Shown here: positions 53,891 through 62,635 of the stretch, piece after piece
Position numbering within the stretch: the first letter of the stretch is position 1
Layout: each line of letters begins with the position of its first letter
Origin: an uncultured bacterium
Lineage (GTDB): Bacteria; Acidobacteriota; Thermoanaerobaculia; Multivoradales; J023
Direction of reading: 5' to 3'
Length of the DNA: 64,000 nucleotides
NCBI GenBank assembly: GCA_937948815.1
Contig: CALFAM010000153.1
Coordinates: 2,212-66,211, forward strand
Translations under genes and position numbers: made by a program
Notes under the pieces: generated by a model
Database searches by the model: none
What the model was told of the DNA's origin: nothing
The model's input: only the letters and a program-made list of their open reading frames with translations

Positions 53891-54547
53891 ATGTCTGTCT
53901 CCCCGACTCCTTTTCCGAATCCGACGTCGACCGAGGGCGAGCCCAAGCGACGAGATCCAGAGGCCACCCGGCGCGCCATTCTCGACGCGGCAGAAGCTCT
54001 CTTCCTCGAGCACGGCATGGCGGATACGCCGATCAGCCGAATTGCCCGCGATGCCGGCGTCACCAAGAGCCTCATTCATCACCACTTCGGCTCCAAGGAA
54101 GCTCTCTGGGAGGAGATCAAGCGCCGGCGGTTCGCGGGCTATTTCGATGTCCAGCGCGCGCTGCTCGAGGCTGGCCCTGGCTCTCTGGAGCTGTTGCGCG
54201 AATCGACGATCGCCTTCTTCCGCTTCTTGCAGGCAGACCCGGCTGCTGTGCGATTCATGACCTGGCGGGCCATCGAGGAGGATGGTTTGCTGCTCGATCA
54301 GGAAGCCGATCTCTACGAGCTCGGGATGGCGCGCGTTCGCGAGGCCCAAGCGGCAGGGGAGCTGCGCGCTGACATTGCGCCGATCGCGATCGTCAAGGGT
54401 TTCCTCGGGCTGTGCCTGAGCTGGTTTCAGACTCGCAAGATGACCATGCGCTTGTTCGATGACGGCGTCGACCCCGAGGAGATCGACGCCCAGTACCTGG
54501 AAGGCGTGCTACGCCTCTTCTTCGAAGGTGTAATCCCTCATGAATGA
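53891..54547 (+). CDS. TetR/AcrR family transcriptional regulator
   Basis: N-terminal HTH RRAILDAAEALFLEHGMADTPISRIARDAGVTKSLIHHHFGSKEALW. Confidence 0.9.
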   Translation: MSVSPTPFPNPTSTEGEPKRRDPEATRRAILDAAEALFLEHGMADTPISRIARDAGVTKSLIHHHFGSKEALWEEIKRRRFAGYFDVQRALLEAGPGSLELLRESTIAFFRFLQADPAAVRFMTWRAIEEDGLLLDQEADLYELGMARVREAQAAGELRADIAPIAIVKGFLGLCLSWFQTRKMTMRLFDDGVDPEEIDAQYLEGVLRLFFEGVIPHE

Positions 54548-55697
54548 CGATGCCACGCGGAGCCGCACCGAACACCCACCCCGTCTCCTCCCGCCGCGGA
54601 TCTTCACCGCGCTCGCCGCCGTGCTCGCATTGGTCACCGTCGGCCATCTCGCCGGTGGCGAAGAAGAAGCCGATTCCGAGGTCCGGCATCCGGTCTCCAA
54701 GCGGGTGCGGGTCGAGACCGCTCGGGCGGCGGGTGAAAGCCCGGCCATTTGGTTCCCGGGTGTGGCCCGCGCCCAGCGTCGAAGCCGGGTCGCCTTTGCG
54801 CTCGCCGGCCGGCTCACCTCCCGCGGCCCGTCGCTGGGCGACCATGTTTCCAAGGGTGCTGTCCTCGCCCGTCTGGACGCGCGCAAGCAAAGTCTCGCCC
54901 TCGATGCGGCCCGCGCCTCGCAGGCTGAAGCCACCGTGCGCAAGGCCGAGGCGATTCGCGACCGCGACCGCGTGGCCCGCTTGGTGGCCGACGGCGCGGC
55001 CACGACCGAGGAGCTCGAATCGCTTCAGGCTGTGGTCGATGCGATGGTTGCGGTGGTCGATGCTGCTGCCGCGCGCGTCGGGGATGCCGAGCGGCAGCAG
55101 GGCGAAACCGTGCTGCGGGCCCCTTTCGCCGGCACTGTGACCGCGGTGTTCGCCGAGCCGGGTGAGTTTCGCTCCGTTGGCCAGCCCATCCTCGAGCTGT
55201 CCGGGGATGGCGCGGTCGAAGTGGAGCTGGCCGTCCCCGAATCGCTGATCACCGGACTGTCGCCAGGTACCGAGGTGGCGGTCCGCAAGCCCGCGCAGGC
55301 AGCGAGCGTGGAAGCTGGGCGCATTCTGACCATCGGCTCGGCCAGCGGCCGGGCGCGGGCGCTCTTTCCCGTCCTCGTCTCACTCGACGACAGCACCCTG
55401 GCCGGCACCAGCATCGAGGTCTCGCTGCGTCCCGAGTCCGCGTCGCCGGAGGCATCGGTCGCGGATGATGTGATCGTTCCGATCGATGCGGTGGTCGATC
55501 CCTCGGGACGCCAACCCGTGGTCTTTCGCTTGCACGAGAAGGATGGCGGCGCGCGCGTCGAGCGGGTGCCCGTGGCGATCGGGGTCCTGGTCGACGGCTG
55601 GGTGACCGTGCGCGGAAGCTTGGCGGCCGGTGATCGAGTCGTGGTCGCGGGCCAGCGCGGCCTTCTGCACGACGATGTGGTGGAGCCAGTACCGTGA
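54540..55697 (+). CDS. Efflux RND transporter periplasmic adaptor (MFP/HlyD family)
   Basis: N-terminal TM anchor, an alpha-hairpin coiled-coil region (ARASQAEATVRKAEA...), and beta-barrel segments (VLRAPFAGTVTAV). The start overlaps the TetR stop. Confidence 0.85.
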   Translation: MNDDATRSRTEHPPRLLPPRIFTALAAVLALVTVGHLAGGEEEADSEVRHPVSKRVRVETARAAGESPAIWFPGVARAQRRSRVAFALAGRLTSRGPSLGDHVSKGAVLARLDARKQSLALDAARASQAEATVRKAEAIRDRDRVARLVADGAATTEELESLQAVVDAMVAVVDAAAARVGDAERQQGETVLRAPFAGTVTAVFAEPGEFRSVGQPILELSGDGAVEVELAVPESLITGLSPGTEVAVRKPAQAASVEAGRILTIGSASGRARALFPVLVSLDDSTLAGTSIEVSLRPESASPEASVADDVIVPIDAVVDPSGRQPVVFRLHEKDGGARVERVPVAIGVLVDGWVTVRGSLAAGDRVVVAGQRGLLHDDVVEPVP

Positions 55698-58600
55698 GCA
55701 TGCTCTCGTCCCTGCTCGCGCGCCGGCGTCTGATCGTCGCGACGGCATTGCTGATGGCGGCAGCCGGAATCGCATCGTGGTTCACGATGCCGCGCGAAGA
55801 GGATCCCCAATTTCCTTTCCGTGACGGCAACGTCATCGTGCGCTTTCCAGGTGCTGACGCTGCCACTGTCGAACGGCTGGTGGTCGAGCCGATCGAGGAG
55901 CGGCTCGTCGAGGTGGAGGAAATCCGCCAGGTCGTGTCGACGGCGCGGGCCGGCGTCGCCGTGATCGCCCTCGAGCTCCTCGAGTCGATCTACGACACCG
56001 ACACGGCCTGGGATCACGTCCGCGAAGCGCTCGATGAAGCCGAGAACGAGTTTCCAGGCGGGGCCTCGGAAGCCGTCCTCGACGATGAGATCACCCGGCA
56101 AGACGCGATCGTGCTCGCCCTGGTCGGCTCACCCGACCTCATGGCTCTGCGCGATGCCGCGGAGACCGTGCGCGATGCCTTGTTGCAGGTCGATGGCGTA
56201 CGGGAGATCCAGCGGGTCGCAGATCCGGGAGAGCAGATCACCATTGCCTACGAGGACGTCACGGCACGCCAGCTCGGGATCGATCCACTCTCCCTGGGCA
56301 GCATGGTCGCTGGACGGAGCCGCATCGTGCCAGGTGGTCAGGTGCGACTCGGGAGCAAGACCGCCACCCTTCGGCCGCAGACGGACTTCACATCGCTGCA
56401 AGAAATCGCGGCGACGCCGATCGTTCTCCATTCGGGTGCAGCGATCCCGCTAGGCGCCCTCGGGCCCGTCCGCTACGGTCCCATCGAACCCGCTCGCGAG
56501 CGTATGTTCTACCGCGGTGAGCGGGCGGTCGGACTCGGAATCGTGCCGCAGCAGAGTATCGACCTCGTCGCCTTCGGCCGCACGATCCGCGAGCGTCTCG
56601 AGCGGGTCGCGCCAGAGATCGCGCCGCTGCGCGTCGAGGAGGTGTCGTTCCAGCCGGATCAGGTCGACGGGCGCCTGGCCGATCTCGGCCGGTCCTTGCT
56701 GTTCTCGATCGCCGTCGTCTCGCTCGTTCTGGTGCTCGCGATGGGCCCCCGCCTCGGCCTGGTGGTGGTCGTGATCGTGCCCTTGGTGACGTTCGCCTCG
56801 ATCGCGCTCTTTGCCGCGACGGGCGGCATCCTCCACCAGATCTCGATCGCCGCCCTGGTCATCGCGCTCGGCATGCTGGTCGACAACGCCATCGTGGTCG
56901 CCGAGAACATGCAGTACCGGATCGATCAGGGAGACTCGCGCCGCATGGCTTCCATCAGCACGGTTCGGGAGCTGGCGCTGCCCTTGGGCACCGCGACCGG
57001 CACGACCCTGGCGGCCTTTGTCCCGATGCTGATCTCGAGTGGACCGACTGCCGACTTCACACGTGCGATTCCAACCCTGATCATGCTGACCCTCAGCATC
57101 AGCTACCTGTTCGCGGTGATGGTGACGCCGGTCATCGGAGAGCTCGTCTTGCGCCCGCACCGGAGCCGCCCTGAGGGGGACGGCCGTAGGACGCTCTGGA
57201 TTCGCAGAATCGCGTCACTTTCGGTGCGCCGAGCGGGCTGGGTCCTGGTCGCGGGCGCGCTCCTGATCGGGCTCAGCATGGTCGCAGCCGGTTTCGTGCC
57301 CGCACAGTTCTTTCCCTCCGCGGATCGCGCTCTGGCCGTCGTCGAGCTGGAGCTTCCCGAGGGCACGCATCTCGATGAGACCACCGAGGTTGCCGCCAGG
57401 CTCGAACGAGCGCTTGCGGCCCTCGAAGAGACCGGAACCATCACGACTTTCATCGGACGGTCGGTCCCGCGTTTCTACTACAACCTCACGCCGTTCCCGT
57501 CGAGTCCGCACCTGGCCCAGATGATCGTCGAGACCACGGACCTTCCGGCAGTCGAGACCGTGATTGCGGCCAGCCGCGATCTGGCCCGCCTGCATGTTCC
57601 GGGGGCGTCGGTGGTGGCCCGCCGGTTGGAACAGGGTCCACCGATCGATGCCCCGATCGAGATCCGGCTGACGGGCGACGACCTCGGTGACCTGGTCGAT
57701 GCTGCGGACGTGGTCCTGGCGGCGCTGCGCGATCAGCCAGGAGCGCGAGACGTTCGACACGATGGCGGGCTCGGTGTTCCGACGCTGACCTTCGCCATCG
57801 ACGACGCCGCAGCCGGGCGCCGTGGCCTGGCCCGGGAAGACGTCGCTGTCGCCATGATCGGGCGGACGCTCGGGACCGTGATCGGACAGTACCGGGCGGG
57901 CGATGATCCGGTGCCGATCGTGTTGCGTTCGGCTGCCGGCGAGCGGTTCGCCGCAGGCAACCTGGCGGCCGTCGACATCACTTCGCCCGACGGTACGCCG
58001 GTGTCTCTTGCCGAGGTTGCCCAGCCGAAGGTCACCTGGCAGCCAGCCGCGATCTACCACCGAGACGGCGTACGCGAAGTCCGGGTCTACTCGCAGCTCG
58101 CCGCCGGGGTGACGTTCAGCGAGGTACTCGATGGCTTCCGTCCCCAGATCGAGACGAGCGAGCTGCCCGAAGGTGTCGAGCTGGTTTATGCCGGCGAGGC
58201 GGCCGAGTCGGGCCGCGCCAACACGGCGATCCTCCGAGCATTGCCCCTGGGCACCATCCTCCTGCTCTTCTTCCTGCTCGCCGAGTTCAACTCCTTCCGG
58301 CGGGTCGCGATCGTGCTCTCGACCGTACCGCTGGCCGCGGTGGGTGTGGTTCCCGGCTTGCTCATCTCCGGGGAGGCCTTCGGATTCATGTCGGTGCTCG
58401 GAGTGTTCTCGCTGGTCGGGATCGTGGTCAACAACGCGATCGTGCTGATCGACCGTGTGGAGCGTCGCCGTGCGGAAGGCGCGTCACTCGAGCTCGCGCT
58501 CGAAGACGCGGTGGTCCGCCGGACGCGGCCGATTCTGCTCACCATGGTGACCACGGTTGCCGGCCTGATGCCCCTCGCGCTGTCGGAGACCAGCCTCTGG

Positions 58601-60130
58601 CCGCCGCTCGCCTGGGCGATGATCTCCGGCTTGATCGCATCGACTTTCCTGACGCTCTTGGTCGTGCCGGCGCTCTACAAGGTGCTGTTCTCGATCGGCC
58701 GCGGCGATTGGGCCCGTGGCCGCGTGGCGCACGAGGCCACGGCCGTGGTGATGGTGCTTGGCCTCCTGGCTGGGCTCGCGCCGCGGCCGGCCAGCGCCCA
58801 ACCGGGGCAAGAAGCGTCTGTCGAGCAAATCCTGCTGCTCTCGCTCGACCGGGCGATGGCGCGAGCAGCTTCGCGGCCGGAGGCCACGCGCGCCACGGAA
58901 GAGGGGCGCGCGGCTGCACTGGCGGCCGAAGCCACCGCGCGTTTCGCACGCCGGCCCGTGGTCAACGTCCACGGCGACGTGACGGCCCGCGATCGCGAGT
59001 TCGATTTCACCACACCCCTCGGGGCGCTGACGCTGGGTGAGCAGGTGTCGCAGGCATTGGTAATCGACGTTGTCCAGCCGGTCTACGATCCCGGTCGTGT
59101 GCGGCATGCGCCGGCGGCGTCCGCGGCCCGCGAGCAGTCGGCCGCTGCCGTCCGGTCGCGTACGATCGCGACGCTGCGCGCGGAGGCCGCCGATCGCTAC
59201 CTGGCGGTCCTATCAGTCGATGCTCGGAAACAGGCCCTCACGACCTTTGTCGAGAGTCTTCGCAGCACTCGGGCCGTGATCGAGAAGCGGGTGGAGGCCG
59301 GCCGCGCCCTGCGCGTCGACCTGCTCAAGATTCAGCTCGATCTCGAGAATGCCCTGCTGGATCTGCGCACCCTCGGGCGCGCGCGGCAGGTGGCGCTGGT
59401 CGCCCTGGCACGCGCGGTCGGGCACGATGGGCCGGTCGATGTCGAGCCCCTGGACCGCATCGACCCGGCTGGCACGGCGGGCAACGAGCTGCCAACCGTC
59501 CACGAGCTACTACCGGCTGCCCTGGACCTTCGCGCCGATCTTCGAGCCGTGCTCGCCGAAGCCCAGGCGTTCGGATTCGATGCGTCGCGCCTGCGGGCCG
59601 AGAAACGACCCGTACTCGACGCACAGGCCAACTTCACGGCAACGGAAGGCGACCCCTTCCGTCCCACGGCGCTGACCACGGGTGCCTTGGTCGTGCGCTG
59701 GCGGCCGTTTGCCGGCGGCTCGCGTCGGCCGCAGATCGAGGCCCTCGAAGCGCGGCGCAAGGCCTTGACATCCGAGGCGGAGGCGATCCGCAAGGGAGTT
59801 GCCCTCGAGCTGGAGCAGAGCTTGGCGCGTCTTGCCGATGCCCGCGATGCGTTCGATGTGCGTGCCCAGGGCGTGGCGTTGGCCACCGAGGCCCTCCGGG
59901 TGGAGCGTTCGCGCCACGAGGCCGGCCGGATCACCATCAATGATCTGTTGGCCGCCGAAGCTGCGCTGCGCGATCAAGAAACCGCCCATGAGCTAGCACG
60001 GCTGGAAGCGGTCGCAGCTGAAGTTGCATTGGATCTCGCCCGCGGTGCCCTCGCCGCCCGTGTCGCCCCGGCCGTACCGAGCAACGATCGCCCGCACGAT
60101 GCGTCGGGGTCGGACCCGCCCGCGCGCTAG
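55694..60130 (+). CDS. RND efflux permease (AcrB/HAE-like, ~1020 aa) continuing in frame into a TolC-like outer membrane factor (~460 aa)
   Basis: One uninterrupted 1478-aa ORF. The RND part runs from MSMLSSLLARRRLIVA... to ...TFLTLLVVPALYKVLFSIGRG. Next comes WARGRVAHEATAVVMVLGLLAGLAPRPASA-QP, which looks like a signal peptide. It is followed by two OEP-type repeats (e.g. RYLAVLSVDARKQALTTFVESLRSTRAVIEKRVEAGRALRVDLLKIQLDLENA). Confidence 0.85.
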   Translation: MSMLSSLLARRRLIVATALLMAAAGIASWFTMPREEDPQFPFRDGNVIVRFPGADAATVERLVVEPIEERLVEVEEIRQVVSTARAGVAVIALELLESIYDTDTAWDHVREALDEAENEFPGGASEAVLDDEITRQDAIVLALVGSPDLMALRDAAETVRDALLQVDGVREIQRVADPGEQITIAYEDVTARQLGIDPLSLGSMVAGRSRIVPGGQVRLGSKTATLRPQTDFTSLQEIAATPIVLHSGAAIPLGALGPVRYGPIEPARERMFYRGERAVGLGIVPQQSIDLVAFGRTIRERLERVAPEIAPLRVEEVSFQPDQVDGRLADLGRSLLFSIAVVSLVLVLAMGPRLGLVVVVIVPLVTFASIALFAATGGILHQISIAALVIALGMLVDNAIVVAENMQYRIDQGDSRRMASISTVRELALPLGTATGTTLAAFVPMLISSGPTADFTRAIPTLIMLTLSISYLFAVMVTPVIGELVLRPHRSRPEGDGRRTLWIRRIASLSVRRAGWVLVAGALLIGLSMVAAGFVPAQFFPSADRALAVVELELPEGTHLDETTEVAARLERALAALEETGTITTFIGRSVPRFYYNLTPFPSSPHLAQMIVETTDLPAVETVIAASRDLARLHVPGASVVARRLEQGPPIDAPIEIRLTGDDLGDLVDAADVVLAALRDQPGARDVRHDGGLGVPTLTFAIDDAAAGRRGLAREDVAVAMIGRTLGTVIGQYRAGDDPVPIVLRSAAGERFAAGNLAAVDITSPDGTPVSLAEVAQPKVTWQPAAIYHRDGVREVRVYSQLAAGVTFSEVLDGFRPQIETSELPEGVELVYAGEAAESGRANTAILRALPLGTILLLFFLLAEFNSFRRVAIVLSTVPLAAVGVVPGLLISGEAFGFMSVLGVFSLVGIVVNNAIVLIDRVERRRAEGASLELALEDAVVRRTRPILLTMVTTVAGLMPLALSETSLWPPLAWAMISGLIASTFLTLLVVPALYKVLFSIGRGDWARGRVAHEATAVVMVLGLLAGLAPRPASAQPGQEASVEQILLLSLDRAMARAASRPEATRATEEGRAAALAAEATARFARRPVVNVHGDVTARDREFDFTTPLGALTLGEQVSQALVIDVVQPVYDPGRVRHAPAASAAREQSAAAVRSRTIATLRAEAADRYLAVLSVDARKQALTTFVESLRSTRAVIEKRVEAGRALRVDLLKIQLDLENALLDLRTLGRARQVALVALARAVGHDGPVDVEPLDRIDPAGTAGNELPTVHELLPAALDLRADLRAVLAEAQAFGFDASRLRAEKRPVLDAQANFTATEGDPFRPTALTTGALVVRWRPFAGGSRRPQIEALEARRKALTSEAEAIRKGVALELEQSLARLADARDAFDVRAQGVALATEALRVERSRHEAGRITINDLLAAEAALRDQETAHELARLEAVAAEVALDLARGALAARVAPAVPSNDRPHDASGSDPPAR

Positions 60131-60768
60131 CGAAGTGTCACGATGCCGTGTGGTGTGTCGAGGGTGGCGATCAGCGCAGGTTGGGGACCGGCCGAGAGCT
60201 GCAGGTCGACGCCGAGCGCGGTCAGGGCGTGTCGCACGCGTTCCGGTTCCGGATGCTCGGCCCGCAGGTCGACAAGGGTGCAGCCGTCTGGTGTCGAGCG
60301 TGCGGGGTGCTCGCAATCTTGCCAGTCGATCAGGAACGGAACGATGCCGAGGAAGATGTCGGGCCCGCGCCAGGCCAGGCGCCACGCGAGGCGCTGGCCG
60401 TCGGGCCGCAGCCGTTCCAGAGACTCCGCCGGGCCTGGGTCATAGCCGGCCCGGCGCGCGCGGGCGAGCACAGCGTCGAGATCACGGACCACGATCGCCC
60501 AGGCGATGTTCCTGGGCTTCGGCAAGCCCGCGACCAGGCGGCCCCGTTGCGCGTCCGGATCGCCCGCGGGGTCAGCGGCGATCAGCTCGAGATAGCTGGA
60601 CGCGCCCAGGCCGATAAGCGCGTTGTGGGTGCCGCCGGTAGCATGCCGGCCACCGATGGTTGCCGTGACGCCACAGCGGCGAGCAATATCTTGGGTCAAC
60701 GCATCCAAGGGCAAGGCCCCGCCGAACATCAAGTGGTCGAAGCCTTCGGGTATGTGAGGCGTTCTCAT
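60127..60768 (-). CDS. VOC family protein (Glyoxalase-like domain)
   Basis: FDHLMFG...IGGRHATGGTHNALIGLGASSYLELIAADP matches the Glyoxalase_3-type pattern. 213 aa. Confidence 0.72.
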   Translation of the reverse strand: MRTPHIPEGFDHLMFGGALPLDALTQDIARRCGVTATIGGRHATGGTHNALIGLGASSYLELIAADPAGDPDAQRGRLVAGLPKPRNIAWAIVVRDLDAVLARARRAGYDPGPAESLERLRPDGQRLAWRLAWRGPDIFLGIVPFLIDWQDCEHPARSTPDGCTLVDLRAEHPEPERVRHALTALGVDLQLSAGPQPALIATLDTPHGIVTLR

Positions 60769-61214
60769 GGCTCGTCGCCCGGATCGTCTTCCCGTATCTC
60801 GTCGGTGCGGGGATCGTGGTCGAGATCGGACGTCGACGGTAGGGCACCTTCCGCGAGCTCGGCGCTGGAGGCGTCTTCGAGCAGCGCCACAGCATCTTGC
60901 GCGTGCCGTGACGGCACACGCACCACGGCACCGACGCCGTGGCGGAACGGTCCTTTGCCGAAAGCTCCGAGCGGAAACAGGCTCATCGCCTCGTCGCCTT
61001 GGACGAGGTGCGGAATGTCGGCCCCGTCGAGGAGAGACTTGGCGATCGCCAAAAGACCTGGGTTGGTCGTTTCCAGCACGGCTACCAGCCGCGATGCCTC
61101 GTCCGTGGCGCCAGGGTCACAGTGCGCACAAAGCGAGTCGGCCGGGGCCGATGATGGGAGGGGCGCTCCGCACTGGGAGCAGGAAGGCGGTGTCGTGGGA
61201 GACATGCTCTGCAT
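60765..61214 (-). CDS. Small protein with an N-terminal CxxC...CxxC zinc-ribbon and a DUF2007-like domain
   Basis: CSQCGAPL...CAHC, followed by LVAVLETTNPGLLAIAKSLLDGADIPHLVQGDE...VVRVPSRHAQDAVALLED (DUF2007 pattern). The stop overlaps the start of the VOC gene. Confidence 0.5.
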   Translation of the reverse strand: MQSMSPTTPPSCSQCGAPLPSSAPADSLCAHCDPGATDEASRLVAVLETTNPGLLAIAKSLLDGADIPHLVQGDEAMSLFPLGAFGKGPFRHGVGAVVRVPSRHAQDAVALLEDASSAELAEGALPSTSDLDHDPRTDEIREDDPGDEP

Positions 61215-61423
61215 GGTAGCAGCGGGAACCGAAGCCCGCCCCGCGCCGTCGAAACTTCCAGAGAATGCCTGCGTAGCTGTGGAGCACGGGGTGAGAGCGC
61301 GGTTCCGTAAAGACCGAGACGGAAGATGTAAGGGGCCGCTGTTTGAATCGTTTATCTTGTGGACATCGGCGCTACTGCGCGCCTCCCGGCGATGGCAACC
61401 CGCAACCTGGACCGAGGCTGACT

Positions 61424-62635
61424 ATGACGCGTTTCAATTTCCATCTGTTTGCTTCCCTGATCGCAGCTTTCGCGCTGCTGGTGACCTTGTCTGGCTGCAC
61501 GGGCACCGGCGAGGCGCTCGAGAACGAGTCCTCGGAGAATTCGTCCGAAAACCAGGAGACGACGCTCGAAAAGGATCCGGAAGAAGAGCTCGTACCTGTT
61601 GAAGCGGCCTCGATCGAACGAGGCTCGATCGAGGCGGTGTTGCGCTTCTCGACCAACCTGGAGGCGGAAACAGAGGTCCAGGTCTTCTCCGAGGCGTCGC
61701 GGCAAGTCGTCGAGCTGCTCGTCGAGGAAGGCGATTCGGTTCGTCAGGGCCAACTCTTGGTCCGGCTGAAAGACGACGAGCAGAAGAGCGCGCTCGCCAA
61801 GGCCGAGATCCAGTACGAGAATGCGGCCCGCGAGCTTCGGCGGCAGAAGAATCTGTTCGAGAAGGAGCTGATCAGCGAGAAGGCGTTCAATGACGCCACC
61901 TTCGAGGTCGAACAACTTCAGATCAGCATCGACGACGCCAAGCGTGAGCTTTCCTATACAGAAGTGCGGGCGCCGATCAGTGGCGTCATCACCCAGCGCA
62001 TGGTGAATCGCGGCGACACCTTGACCATGAATCAACATCTGTTCGACATCGTCGACTTCGAGTCGATCGTTGCCCGTGTTTTCGTACCGGAGAAAGAGGT
62101 GCCGCGCCTGGCGGTGGGCCAGAAGGCGCGTCTGTTCGCCACGCCGCTCGGTGCGGATGGCCGCGTTGGTCGCGTGATGCGCATCGCCCCGGTCGTCGAC
62201 TCGCGAAGCGGCACCGTGAAGACCACAGTGGCCATTCCGCGCATCCAGGGCCTGCGCCCGGGCATGTTCGTCGAGGTGGAGCTGGTGACCGAGGTCCACC
62301 CGGATGCGCTGCTGATTCCGAAGCGCGCCATCGTCTACGACAACGATCAAGCGTTTCTCTTCCGGGTGGTCGCCAATGACGACCGTGGCGACGGCGACGA
62401 TCTGGAGGTCGGCAGTAAGGCCGAGTTCAAGGCCGAGCGTGTCCTGATCCAGGCCGTGCTCGAGGATCGCGACTTCGTGGAGCCTGCAGCAGGCGTGCTG
62501 GAGCCGGGTGACCGGGTGGTCACCGCTGGACAGGCGGGCCTCAAGGACGGTGCGGGCGTACGGATGCTGGGCGAAGCGGCTGGTGAGCCTGCTGGCGACA
62601 CGGAAGCAGAAGCCTCCGCGGAGGAAGCGGCGTGA
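61424..62635 (+). CDS. Efflux RND transporter periplasmic adaptor lipoprotein (MFP)
   Basis: Lipobox in MTRFNFHLFASLIAAFALLVTLSGC. Also a coiled-coil hairpin and the motif YTEVRAPISGVITQRMV. Confidence 0.87.
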   Translation: MTRFNFHLFASLIAAFALLVTLSGCTGTGEALENESSENSSENQETTLEKDPEEELVPVEAASIERGSIEAVLRFSTNLEAETEVQVFSEASRQVVELLVEEGDSVRQGQLLVRLKDDEQKSALAKAEIQYENAARELRRQKNLFEKELISEKAFNDATFEVEQLQISIDDAKRELSYTEVRAPISGVITQRMVNRGDTLTMNQHLFDIVDFESIVARVFVPEKEVPRLAVGQKARLFATPLGADGRVGRVMRIAPVVDSRSGTVKTTVAIPRIQGLRPGMFVEVELVTEVHPDALLIPKRAIVYDNDQAFLFRVVANDDRGDGDDLEVGSKAEFKAERVLIQAVLEDRDFVEPAAGVLEPGDRVVTAGQAGLKDGAGVRMLGEAAGEPAGDTEAEASAEEAA

